A DNA stretch of 64,000 bases from Marsupella aquatica (lineage: Eukaryota > Plantae > Marchantiophyta), in the NCBI GenBank assembly GCA_973895155.1, contig OZ316895.1:6564136-6628135 (forward strand), written 5' to 3'. Below the pieces are notes generated by a model. It ran no database searches, had not been told where the DNA came from, and saw only the letters and a list, made by a program, of their open reading frames with translations. Position 1 is the first letter of the stretch, and each line of letters opens with the position of its first letter. Positions 50,182-63,437 of the stretch are shown piece after piece. Both the position numbers and the translations under genes were made by a program.

Positions 50182-53100
50182 TGTTAGATATTGCTCTAGT
50201 CTTGTGACTCATGAGCTAACCACAGTTAGTCTAACTCGGGTTAGGACTTAGCTAATGTTAGCGGTAGTGCTGTTGTGTATATAGCCAAGGCTGATGCCAG
50301 ACCCTGATGGAACTTAGGCTCATTGTTACGGAGCTAGTTGAGAGATAGGGAGAGCTTGTGCTGTGGATGCTTGGTATGGCCAGTCGGCCTAGAGTGCAGT
50401 AAAGCTCTTGTGTGTTCCCGTGGACGTAGCCTCATGTGGAGGTGAACCACGTATCTCTCTGTGTCGACTATTGTGCATTGGATGGTTCATGGGCTTGCTG
50501 TTACTAATGTCGTCTATGCTCAACAAGTGGTATCAGAGCATGCCTGGGAGGTGATGAGGTTTTTTCGTGACTGGTTTTTTCCAGCGTTCATTGTTGATGG
50601 TACATTCGGGGTTTCATCGCATGAAACTCGAATGTGTGTGGCTGAGCGGATAGGTTAGTGAGAGGGCTTTCTAACGGTGGTTAGAACTCGCTGATCGGTA
50701 TCCGTGGTGCGGAGGAATCAAAATTTGCGTCGTTCAGGTTTTATTCGTGTTCAACGGCTTTTCGGGGGAGAGACCAGAGTTTGCATTTTTCAACGGTGTG
50801 AGCTGTGCGGTGCGGGAGGGATCGCACATTATAGCTCAAGTTGAAGGTTGAAGTGAGCTGGTCGTTTTGGTAGCTGGATTGCTACCGAGTTGTTACCAAG
50901 TGCGACATGACGAGTGACGGAGGCATTCAGGTTTTTTCACAAGCTATGGAGCTTGTTCCCATCTGAACCAGGTTTCTCTTCGTGATGTCCGTCTCAGTGA
51001 AAGAAACACGAAGTGCTACGGCTCAACGGTTTGATCACGGCGAGGCGGTCGTTTTGAGTCTGGGATTGGCACTTGATGCGGAGTGAAGGCGACGCGATGG
51101 AAAGTTTGGTCTCTGCTGAGCTTGCAGACTGTGCCGATGAAATTTGGCCACATTTACCGTCGGCGGCTTTCATTTTTCTTGTTGGAAACGGCGGCGGCAA
51201 AGGTAAGTTATTGCCTTTTTTCTTTGGGGAGTCAATTTTTGCTTTTGGGGGGATTTTAGAGGGTTTTTCTCGAGTGTATACACACGAGGTGTATACACAC
51301 CTCGGCCCCATACTCCCGAGTACGCCGTTTAATTCCCCCCCCTCCCGAGCACGTCTTTTGATCGGGCCCAGCCGGCCGTGTAATTGCCCCCCCCTTTCCC
51401 CCCCCGCGCACGCCGTTAAGTGTGGCGCAGCGACGAGTTGTGCAACGCCGGTCGGCGCTTCTTGCGCGCTCCCTGCCCCTGCCCCTTGCTGCCGGTGCCA
51501 GCCTCCGCGTACGCCGTGCGCCCTTTAGCCTGCCCTGACTCCTTCCGGGACTGCGGCCCTGGCCTGCCGATCGGCGACCCTCCTTTGTGGCCCCGCATCC
51601 CTTTGCAGCCCCTATGCAGCGCGACGGGAGGCTGCTGTCGCCGGTCAATCCCTCCCTGGCCCTGCTTTGTATTGTACTCCCGACCCCCGCCTCAATACCC
51701 TGTACGCCCCCTGGCCCGCCTCGCGTATAGGCATCGCGGATGCGCCCTTTTTTCTTTTATACTTATATTTTGTTAAGGGGCTAATCACCCCCTTCAAGGG
51801 CCTATTTTTATCCTGTTTTTTCCTCCCCCTTGTTTTACTTGGTGCTGGGACCTGCCACCCTCTGTGTTAACCGCTCCAACAGGGGGAACGACCCCCTGTG
51901 ACACCTGTCGGACTGTGCGGGAATATTCCCAAAAAAACATAGAGCTATTTTTTGGTTGTCCAACAAAGATTCTGTCCGCCGAATGGTAACTTTTTTGGTT
52001 CTTTTTTGACAAGGACGTTGCCACTGGAGTTAGCAACGCGGCGCACCAATCACATTGCAATTCCGACGATGGGTTGTACTCGGTATTTTGGTTATTCTCC
52101 AAGGTGGTCAAAACGGGGGAGTTTCCCAAGGTTTTACCCCCCCCGGCCAAAATTTGAATAACTTTTCCGTCGAATTTTGATTTTGATTTCGGCTTTCAGT
52201 ATTGGACTCCTAGCTTCGTGGGCTACGCGGCGGTGTTGAGTTGTGAGTTTTATGAGAAGTTTTGAAAAAAGATATTTTTCATGATTGTTTCATATGAGTG
52301 ACTCGGAGGATACTGGAAGAATTGGCATCGGTGGAGCTTCAGGATCGCGACGGTCAGACGGAGAGTCTAAGGAGGAGCTACTACCGTTTGAGGAAGAACT
52401 AGTGACACCGGTATGATCACCGGTGAGGCGTGCATTGGAGGAAGCTGTGTTAATACCAGAGCTGTTGGTAGTGGAGAAGAAGAGGGAGATGGCTAGATTT
52501 GGAGGAGTGAAGTTTGAGGTGGAGAAGTACGATGGTCGTACTGATTACTTGCTGTGGGAGAAGCAAGTGAAGGGTGTTCTACGGGCCATGGGCTTAGCTC
52601 ATCTGCTCTCTTCACGAGAGCAGTATGATGGAGAGGAGGAGATTTTTGTGAGACAGTGGAGACAGGAGCAAGTGATTGCTGTCAATGCAGTAATGCTATA
52701 TCTCAAGCCGCACATCATCAAGCAACTGGATGATTATGCGGATTGTGCGTCACTGTTCAAAGCTCTAAGAGAGAAGTACTACCGGGAAGATGCGTCAGAC
52801 CGGCTGTACAAGAAGTCTCTCTTCATGAGCCTCAGGCTCAAGGAAGGGAGCAAGATGTAGGAGCTTAGCAGAAGCAAATAGGTGCTCTTGTATAGAGATC
52901 TGAAGTCCATTTTGTATAATGAGGTGGTGAGCTCCTTGTTGTCTGATGATGCTCATAAGAAGTTGGGTCAATCACAGACAGCATCTTCTTCTGGCACTGT
53001 GCTCAATGTGAACAGGGGAAGAGCAGCGCAGCGCACGAATGGACAGAACAGGTTTAGATCTACATCACGGGGGAGATCTAAATCCAGAGGAAAATCGCAA

Positions 53101-54572
53101 GAGAGAAAGCCTCTTGCATGTTGGAATTGTGGCAAGCCTGGCCACATGAAAAGGGATTGTCGAGTAAAGGTCCCTACTGCCTTTGCTAACGCGGCATCGA
53201 GCTCGCATGAGGTAGATTTACTCGATGATGATGACATATTGTGATGTCAAGGTTATGCTCTCAACGTAGTGTCAAATCCAGGTAGTGATGATTGGATTCT
53301 AGATAGTGCATGTACTTTTCACATTTGCTCTAGAAGAGATTGTTTCAGTTCTTACACGGTTCCCAACGGGTCAGTGTTGATGAGAAATGGAATCCCATGT
53401 CAAGTTGTTGGACTTGGATCTGTAAGATTTCAGATGTTTGATGGTGTTGTGAGAACATTGAGGAATGTGAGACATATTCCCAGCATGATGAAAAATCTCA
53501 TTTCACTTGGAGTTTTAGAGGCAAATGGCCATCAGTGGAGTTCTGCTAATGGTGTCCTTCAGGTTTCAACTGGTACTAAAGTTGTATTGAAGGGAAAGAG
53601 ACATTGCAATCTATACGTTTTGGAGGGCAGTGTAGTCTGTGATCAAGCTAATGTAACCTTATCTCATGAGGAGATGGCCCGGCTGTGGCACTTCCGTTTG
53701 GGCCACATGAGTGAAAAAGGTTTGGCTATTCTTCAGAAAAAAGGATTACTTTCTAATTTACAATCTTGTAAGTTGGAATTTTGTGAGCACTGTGTGCTAG
53801 GGAAGCAGCACAGGAAACCCTTCGGAGTTGGAACTCACACCAGCAAGGAGGTACTTGAGTATGTACATAATGATGTGTGGGGTCCAGCCCCTACTCCCTC
53901 ACATTCTGGACGGTTATACTATGTCACGTTCATAGACGATTATTCAAGGTATGTGTGGATATACTTTCTATACAATAAGTCTGATGTTTTTGCCACTTTT
54001 AAGGAGTGGAAAGCCCAAGTTGAGAATCAGACTGGTAATAAGGTGAGATATCTTTGATCGGATAACGGTGGTGAATACAATTCCGGGGAATTTGAAATGT
54101 ATTGTAAGGAGCAGGGGATTACTCGCCATCTCACAACAAGTTATACTCCTCAGTAGAATGGTGTTTCTGAGAGACTCAACCGAACACTATTGGACCGCTC
54201 GAGGAGTATGTTGAGTCAATCATGCTTACCACATGAATTTTGGGTTGAAGTTGTCAACACTACAGCTTATTTGGTAAATTTTTCTCCATCTAGTTCTATT
54301 GGATTCAAGACACCATTTGAAATGAGGTACGGGCGTCCAGCAGATTACTCACATCTGAGGATTTTTGGATGTGATGCTTATGTGCTTACACCTTCCCAGC
54401 TTCGATCCAAGCTGGAGTCCAAGTCGAAGAAGTGCATTTTCCTTGGCTATCAGAAAGGTGTGAAGGGTTATAGGTTATGGGATCCAGTAACCTGTAAACT
54501 AATTGTCAGTAGAGATGTGTCCTTTAATGAATCCAGATCATCAAAGGAGGGGGAGAGTTCTCAGGACTCCCA
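50182..54572 (+). mobile_element. Ty1/Copia copy 2 (same family as copy 1), 5' half, interrupted by a CACTA insertion
   Basis: 5' LTR 50182-50525 closely matches the reverse complement of the copy 1 LTRs. PBS TGGTATCAGAGC at 50528-50539; left flank AGAAC. Homology to copy 1 stops abruptly after CAGGACTCCCA (54572). Confidence 0.95.
52294..54572 (+). pseudogene. Copia gag-protease-integrase of copy 2 (stops, internal deletion, truncated)
   Basis: ATG at 52294; zinc knuckle CWNCGKPGHMKRDC; WILDSACTFH; LWHFRLGH..CEHC; YVTFIDDYSR; KGVKGYRLWDP. Confidence 0.93.
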
Positions 54573-55427
54573 CACTAGAAGAATCCGAGGTGAACTGAGA
54601 CCGCAATATATGACTCATTTTGGCTCATGTGACTTCATTGTGACTCAACGTGACTTGACCCACGTTGTGACCCTTGGAGTTGCAAAAGTTGAGACCAAAA
54701 AATGGAAGTCACTATTGATACTGGGCTTTGCAACTTGCTTGATACCCATTTGTGACTGATCTGTGACTTTATTGTGGAGTCTAGCCTTGTTTCGACGTGA
54801 CTGCAATATGACTTCAGCAAGTCACATCGTAAGTCACATACATGACTTACCCGCATTCAACAACGACTAGCGTGTGACTATTTAGTGTCACAGGAGAGAC
54901 CAATGGAGACCCTGGCCCGCGTCACACAACAGAACCATTTGGGACTCTATATACTCATGTTTATAACTAATAAGGTTCACATGCAAGTTATAACCATGAC
55001 TAATGAACACAGAGGGACAGTTCATAAGGAGAGAGAGCACTCGACATTACAATACATAGAAACCTGATGTTCTAACTTTAGAAATATAACACATTCAATA
55101 CAAGAAATGAACATAGCATGAATGACATCCACATGAAACAAAGCATCATATAAGCAGATCCTACATAAAACATTCATAAGAATTAAACACAATCACAATC
55201 TTGCTAAAAAATGAAGATCATTTGAATTCCAATGGAATAGTTTACAATGTGATCAATATAATTTAGACAAAACAGGAACTCATAATTGATGACTGTAGGA
55301 TGAGATAACTGAAAGCACATGCATGATACTATGAATCTCCAAGAGGACATGATTCTTGTACTGCTTCTTGACATCTAAAATCTACATAACATGACTCACA
55401 CTACAAACAAATAATGGCATGACATTG

Positions 55428-58400
55428 TTATGGATCCTCTATGAACTTGCTTGGCCATAATACCAAAGAACCTGCAGCATCTCCAAGTGTCTTTTGAGGA
55501 GGATCATCATTTGTGTTTGGAATGGGAAGGACAGCTTTAGGTTTCACTAGTAATGTGACTAACACTACTGAATAACCTGGGGGAATCCTCTTGCCATGGA
55601 ACGTTGTGGAACCAACCTGCACTCTGCCAAATCCTACTCGTGTTCCACTCTCATCAACAGCTAACAAGCCACTTTGTCCCTCAGCATTAGGTGCTTTCCC
55701 CACTTCCACCTTAGATCTTTCTGCCAGCACTGTTCTTGGAGGTTTGTATGAAACCTTTGATGTGGCTCTGCTCCCACCAACAGACTTGCTTCGTGTGCGC
55801 ATGCTTCCTCTCTTCACAGTAGTGAAGCTAGGCTCAGTAGGTTCCTCTGTTAGGATTGTCACAGTAGCAGGTTCATCACCTGGGAGTGTCATACCAACTA
55901 ACTCTTTGGTTGGATTTATCTCAACAAGAGGCACACCTGTCATTGAGAATGATACATTCTGCAAATCATTTATCTCTGCAATGGAGTCAAGATCTACATA
56001 GCATGAATCTGGCTCAATGGTATCATTGTCATGCTTGCTGATATCCTCATTTGCCCCAACATTGATATCATCCACTCCCTTGCCAATGTCATCCTCATCC
56101 AAACATGGTTGACTGCCCTCTGTCAAACAAGTTGCTTGTACAGACTGCAACTTTGTTGCCTCTAAATTACAGCGAGTATTTACCAGGTTCTCATACTTCT
56201 TCTCTGTAGCACCTGTCTTATTCTCTATGGATACAACAACCACAATATATGTTACTGAAAATAACACATTCAACAAACAATGTCAATTCAAACTATACAT
56301 TTAATAATCATATCCCACACAGTTGTAAAGGCCTTACCTTCAAGCCTACATGTCGTTGGCATGCCAGAAGAGTGCATCGACTTTGCCACCTCAAGTGGTG
56401 ATGGTGGAACTCCTGCAGAATTGGAATCAATTTTATCTCTCACCGACACAACAGCTTCCATTAATGTCTTGAAGTTCACATGGAACAAGTCAGTCAATGA
56501 ATTCAAACGTTCATTGATCTCTGGAAGACATGTTTCGACAGCCTTCAAACAACCACTTATCTCTGTAAGTGAAGATCCACCTCCCTACATGACACAGGGG
56601 TATAGGTTCAATCACTCCATATGAAATGTTGGGCAATATATGCACAATCAATGTTATATACAGTGTACACCTGAAATTCAACGCAGGTCATTCAATTACC
56701 AATCAGAACTCATATAACTTACATGCTTGGAGGATTCAGATGCACCCTCTTGAGCCTGGGTGTTCACAATTTCAACCCTCAACTCTTCTTTTGAAGGGTT
56801 TTGCCCCAATTGGGCTTTCTGCACATGCATGGCAAACACAAGTTATCGATCAATATTCAGGGAACGTACACTAAAAAACAAAGTTTACATGTATGGGTTT
56901 ACACTAAAAACAGTACATAGTGTAGCATAAATTACATAGCTAGGCCATTCATTCTTACCAAACGTTTAGCTGTCGGTGCAGTGCCGGTCCTTCCTGTCAG
57001 ATTAGGGTTCTGAACACTCAACCTGGCCTCGGTCATCTGCGAACTCTTCTTTTTTGAAGCATCTGTTACAAAATAAGCTACTAACCTTGCCCACACTTTA
57101 TCACAACTGGCTGGTGGAGGCATATCTGGCTTCTCCCCACCTTCCTTCCAAGCCTTATGCATTCTCTACCTCTCTTGCTTGATAATTTTACCTGCTGTAC
57201 TCTCTAGGCAACCTATGTCCACGCCATCATCACTGCCCACATAATTCCATTTGGCAGCAACATTTTCACATACAGTCTTCCAATCTTTTGGATGTTGTTT
57301 TTTAAAATTAATAACACTCACATCTAACCAACGCAATACTTCAGCTTTCAAATCAGCATGCCATCGGTTCTTGCGAGGACACTCAGCATCCACCCATTGT
57401 CTCTCATTCAACTTTACGTTCCCTTTCTTTGTCACTGCTCTTGGTAGTACTGGGCATTGTATTGGCCACCCCTTCATTCACCCTACCTGGGGTTCTGAAG
57501 CCACCTGGGAAAATACAATGCCATTCATGCTTGAGAACTACATATAGCAGAATGGATGACGGCAACATTCAATGCTTCACTTCAAGAAAAATTCTTCAAA
57601 CATACATACCTGTAGCTCTGCCTGTAGATGCCTGTGCAAGGACTGCACTCTGAAATTGTTGCGACCCTGGACCACCTGTCCAGCCTAGTACAGGGGCCGG
57701 ATGATGTCACTTTCTAGGTATGTGTGTGCAAACATATGTACTGAAAACTAAGTACAAACTGTAGGAAAACAACTGAACATTCACAGACATACCTGTCCCC
57801 CTTCCGTGCTGCATCTGCATAGGGGCATTAGTGAATACTTGAGTCGATGGTTCGACTGTCCAACCTGCACACATACATTTTCTATCATTATACATGTGCA
57901 GAGTCCCCCCCACGTGAATGGACTCCACATATAATGAGTTCTTCCATTGCTGACAAGATCAGACATTACCTGCTCCTCTTCCAGCGTTTGTAGGTACTGA
58001 ATTTTGATATCCCTGCCAATTACCTTCACCACCTTCCCAACCTTGTTCATTCCACGACCCACCACCATCCTCCCAACCTGGTTCAACCCATGTCTGTCCT
58101 TGTGGACATTGGAATTGATCATTACTAGCATTTGCCCAATCAGGTTGGGCAGAATCTGCATGCAATGGTAGGTGGACAGAATTTCATGTTGTCTGAATCC
58201 AATACATCCCAAACAATGTCAAAAATTGATATGCAGTCTGAAATTCAGGAGTGCCATGCCTTCACAAAGAACTGGCATATAGATATATACTCACATCCCC
58301 ATGGTTGAGGTGGACGTCCATACCCACGAGATTGTGGGTTTGGACCTGCTCTGCCTCTACCACGGGCATAACCTAGAGCTTGCCCCCTGCCATAGTATTG

Positions 58401-59116
58401 GGCACCAGCCTGGGATCTACCACTACTACCACCTCGCCAACCTTGATCAGAGGTCAGCCCCCCCTGCTGGTATGGTGCATGCACAGGCTTCGAAGGCAAA
58501 ACAGAACTGGCAGGACGCTGCATCACATCACCAACTACAATGTCAGGAACTAAGCAAGGTACATATGTGTAGTACTGAACATATGAAACCTCTAAACAAG
58601 AGTTTTTAACTCAAAACCTTGTTGGGAAAACTACTTACATGTTTCTTTTGGGGCTGCTCTGCAATGTATTCATCTTCATAACCCCCATCCTCATCCATTT
58701 CCTCTGGAAAATACTCATCATCTGCATCTTCTTGTCTAGTGTCTGCACCCACCTGTGCAGCATCAATGTCATCTCCACATTCTGCCATTGTAGGTACGAC
58801 CTTCTTGCTCAACCTGTCACTCCGACGCACAGGCCCAGAGATAGTGCTGGTCACCCTTCTTGCGTACTCCTTTTGTTTCTTTGAAAATGCTGTGGCTCTG
58901 CGACATTCCAATATGAGAATACAGTCACAATTTCAGTGCCACATTGAACTATTCATGTCACACAAACTCAGCGGAGGGGTGTAGTTGAGAATCGTTCCCT
59001 TACAATTCAGCCACATCCTTTTCCAGATCCAGTTCTGCGATTTTGGCTTTCACGTATGCTCGTTGTTCCATAGCTTTCCTTTCATACTCACACATCTCTG
59101 TATCACTCTGTTCCAT
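55428..59116 (-). pseudogene. CACTA ORF2/TnpA-like multi-exon gene (in-frame TAG 57166-57168)
   Basis: N-terminal YERKAMEQRAYVKAKIAELDL; W..LV.YF..KSSQMTEAR..GRTG (Ptta/En-Spm-like); C-terminal VGFGRV..FHGKRIPPGYSVVLV..LPIP..TLGDAAGSLVLWP domain. Exon boundaries are approximate. Confidence 0.8.
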
Positions 59117-59272
59117 CCTACTGGACCACAAAAACATGTCATCTATGGTCACCCCGTATAACACAATGCAACCACAATCACCAGGCATCCATCCATACAT
59201 CTGTGTTGCTTCAGAATTACTTTATTACACATCCTTCCCCTCACTAATGTCCATGCAAACAATTCACATTAC

Positions 59273-62200
59273 TCATGGCACAGACACACTGTTGGCATCT
59301 GCATCTCTGAATTCGCCTCCTTCAGCAAATGCATCTACCCTTGTCACAGGAATGAAGTCCCCGCTATCATGAACTACAGGCACTTGGTTTGAACGCCGAC
59401 GATCAAAGGCACTATGAGAGTGTAAATGAAACTCAAGGTTTGATCCTTCCATCCGACGTTGCCTGGCCTGTTTATGACACACTACACGCCAACCTGGGGA
59501 GTCTTCCACATCCAGGAAGAAAGCTTGCTCCACCTGACTAGGAAACACAAATGGCTCAGACCATTCGGGCAATTTCCCTCTGAAATTGGCCAGCAAGAAA
59601 CCGTCGTTGTCTCTCTTCATGGTAGCCCTGTTACCAAGCCAATCCTGCCGCACCCATGAACCTTTCATAAGAATCACAGGACTGGACACCGCCCCATAGT
59701 CCAGAGCCCATATGTCAACTAATTCTCCCACATATCCCATCTCCATCCAGGCCCTGTCGTGATTGTGGCTCTGTTGCTCAAATACAGTGATGAGCCCGCA
59801 GTCATTCGTCACCTTGTAGGCATTGTCACCATCCTTCACTCGGAAGTGATTCCCAAATGCTCTCATCCGTTTGTAAGTCTTCACTTTCAGGCTAGGGGCA
59901 TTAGACAGTAGGTAAACATCTGCATCCATGTCTGGGTGGGTCTCGTGATGCTCTCTAATTGCCACTCTGATCCACTCCATGAAACCTGGAAAAGTTGTTC
60001 CTGCAGTGGGATGGGCCGCCTTCAATGACTCATACTCCCTGAACGAACAACCACATAGCATTAGCTTGGGTAAACATGAACAGGCTGAAGGAGAAAACCA
60101 CACGAACACAACATTTAAGCTCATGAACTGGATTATAGCACATGTATGCACTCACTGTATCCAGGGTTCCATCACCACAGTGTTGTGCAATACAAAGTCA
60201 TGTGCCAAGTCTCTCATAGATATGGTCAGGTTCTTTGTGGTTGCAGCCCCTTCCAGTACTTCACCTATCACCCCTTCCTCCTCATCAGAATTCCACACCC
60301 TGGTCTTCACATGCTCATATTGTGCTATGTATTCGGTCAGAAATCCCAGAGTCTCATCCTTGATGTAACCTTTAGCCATGCTTGCTTCAGGTTTGTAATA
60401 TGTTCTCACGTGACCTTTGAGTAGCTTCATGTACCGTTCCAAAGGGTACAACCAACGAGCACTCACAGGCCCAAATTGGTGTAGCTCTTCCACAACATGG
60501 ACAAGTAGGTGGGTCATGACATCAAAAAATGCGGGAGGAAAATAAATCTCCAGGTCACACAGCACCTGAGCGACATCTTCTGTCAGTTGTGGGAAGTGTG
60601 TTTCATCCCAAACCTTCACACAAATACGACGAAACACATCACTGAGTCGCATGATCACAGTACGAACAGGCTTCTGCAACAGGCCCCTCAGGCATAAAGG
60701 CAATACCTGTTGCATCAACATATGGTAGTCATGGCTTTTCATACTACCAAGCTTTCTAGTCATGATATGCTTCTTGAAAGCACTGCCATAGTTTGAAGGA
60801 ACCTTCAAAGAACTCAACCTCTACACAAATAGTTCCCACTCTGTGTCTGTCAGAACATAGGGCACTTGGTACTTCAAGAGCACATCAGCTCTGTGGGCAT
60901 GTGGCCTCAACCAAAGATGGGGTTTCATTCCCCTCTGTTCAAGATCCAATCTCACTGAACCAGTGTCTTTCTCTCCACACAAGAATCTGAGTAGACTCTC
61001 ACAAATATTCTTTTCAATGTGCATAACATCAATGTTATGTTTGCTTGGCTCAAACTCCTGCATCGTTGCAATGCAAAAGCGTCAGGAAATGCCTCAAGTT
61101 TAGTCTCTCTCTTCGAAATGAATGCACATGCTCTGAACCAAAACATGTATCCCAATTAGCATCAACTCCAAGAGGCTTACCCTCCAGTACTTGAGCTCCA
61201 AGTCCAATATGCTCAGTCTTTTTACACCATATCGCTTTATTGGATCACTCACTCCATCTTCCCTGCCCCCTCGTTTGATATAGTCATCCCTCAGTGCTCC
61301 CCACTGCCTGATCTCCTCTTTGGTCACTCGTGCCGGGGGTCCACGTTGCTCAATCTCATTGCCAAAGTGTGCAATCAGTGCCTGTCTTTCTCTGTAAGGG
61401 TGATCTGCCTTCAGAAAACGACGATGGCCCATGTATATCACTTTCTGCAGGGCTCTGGAGTACTCACTGGTGACATTGCGCCCACAGATAGTACAAGCAC
61501 AATATCCTTTTGTTGTTTGGCCTGATATCATCCCATGGGCTGGGTAGTCAGCTATAGTCAGAATGACAATGGCTCTAAGGATGAATGGGTTTAACCTCCC
61601 AAGCCTCTGTAGGACATCATATGTGAGAACTCCTTCCTCCCAAAGCTTTCTCAATTCCTCCACTAGGGGAGCAAGAAACACATCTATGTTGGCAGATACA
61701 GCACTGTCTGGCCCTGGTATCAGTAGGACCATCAGAACAAAAAATCGCTTTGTAGTCATCCAAGGAGGAAGGTTATAATTCAAAATAGTTACAGGCCAGC
61801 ACGAAAATTTGTTGTTCTTGTCTCCAAATGGGTTTACCCCATCCAATGATAGCCCAAGTCTGACATTCCTCGGCTCAGCAGCAAATTCGGGATACATCTC
61901 ATCTATGAGTTTCCATTGCCTTGAATCTGCAGCATGTCGTTGTAGCCCATCATCACTTTTCTTGTCAGTTGCCCAAGTCATCATCTCCGAGATGGCACGG
62001 CTTCTGAACATCCGCTGAAGTCTGGGAATGAGTGGAAAATGACGAAGTACCTTGGCGGGAACCATAGACTTTCCTGAGTTCCGATACTTGTGCTTCCCAC
62101 ACTTAGGGCATGTCAACGATTCTTTATACTCCTTTCTGAAAAGAACATGCCCATCAGGACAGGCATGGATCGAATCATAGTTCAATCCAAGATTAGATAT

Positions 62201-62863
62201 GCATCTTTTTGCCTCGTACATGTTCTTGGGCAAAATATTACCATCTGGTAGCACAGTTGTTCGCAAGAATGCCAACAACTCAGAAACCAAAACGTTGGGG
62301 ACATTGTGGTTGCCGCAAATGTTCAGGAACATGATGACAAATCCCAGTTTAGAACATTTGCTACCGGGGTACAAAGACTTCCTGCCTTCCTGTATTTGCA
62401 GGGGAGAGCCAAACATCCCATCATGCCCAGGGGTTTCCTGCCCTATCTCAAACTCATCAAGAGGCTCTTCGACAGGGGGCACACTTGCATCTGCAGCCGT
62501 ATCCTCTTTGTTGTCCAGCCCATCATGAAATGCATCCAAGTCTTGGAAGATGTCTCTCACCATCTCTTCCACATGAATTCCTTCGTCACGTGGTGCTGCC
62601 TGAGCACCATCCCGTTGGAGAGCTGACAACCCACAGAGACCAGCTACAACATTTTCAAATGCACCAGGCAGAACCTCACTTGCCCGTCTTGCAGCATTGG
62701 CAGCATCAAATTCTAACCTCCACTCCTTGTCGGAAGAATCTTCCTCTGCAGGATCATTCCAAACTCGATGTCGTGGATCTCTTCCATGAACCGCGATATG
62801 CCGCCAAACCTCATTCAGACCCCTGGTACGGGATCCTTGGCAGATTGCACAAGGACATCTCAT
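59273..62863 (-). pseudogene. CACTA TnpD transposase (spliced; in-frame TAG 60821-60823)
   Basis: CPCAIC; IHACPDGHVLF; YPEFAAEPRNVRLGLSLDGVNPF; YNLPPW; IADYPA; DVMHIEKNICES; MKSHDYH; FPPAFFDVMTHL; EPFVFPSQVEQAFF (Transposase_21, DUF4218 and DUF4216 pattern). Confidence 0.95.
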
Positions 62864-63437
62864 CCTACTGGCTCCTGAAAGTCTGGTTCGTAACCTTTCA
62901 CGCTACCAAAGCTTATTATCATGGCGTGATATCCTTGTGGGATGATGCAAAGGCAGTGCCTGTGCCCTGGGCTGGGTCTGGGGAGGGTGGTGACCAGGGT
63001 GCATTGTAACAGGCTGGGAGCTCTGCAGTCATGGACAGCAGTGAACAAGGATGCCTAATGGTGGTATTTGTGTTCCATATATCCCTGTCTGTATCTGCCA
63101 AAAGAGTTAACATAACGTGTACTAAATTCTCACAACCCCTAAACCACCCCAAAAGAAAAAAACAGGTTCGCAAGTAGTGTACCTATTGTCAAGTGAATGA
63201 CACAAAATTCCTAAATGTTGGAGGGTGTCACCACCTCCTCCGCTGTCCTCAAATGTACCGCCTCTGCATGTACGTTTACAGTGACACCCCCAGGCAGCAG
63301 GAAACAACAATCCGCCAACAGTAAAATAAGCCCAACTGCCACCAACCATAACAAGGTACATTAGTTCAAAGATCACATTTATTTCAATGATCTGATTTAT
63401 ACAAAAAAACTTGTGTCCAAACTGATGCTACTACTCC

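Noticed and set aside
63165-63180. TAGTG as the right end of the CACTA
   Set aside because: The adjacent bases do not complement CACTAGAAGAATCCG, there are no subterminal repeats or CCA TSD, and the Copia sequence does not resume.
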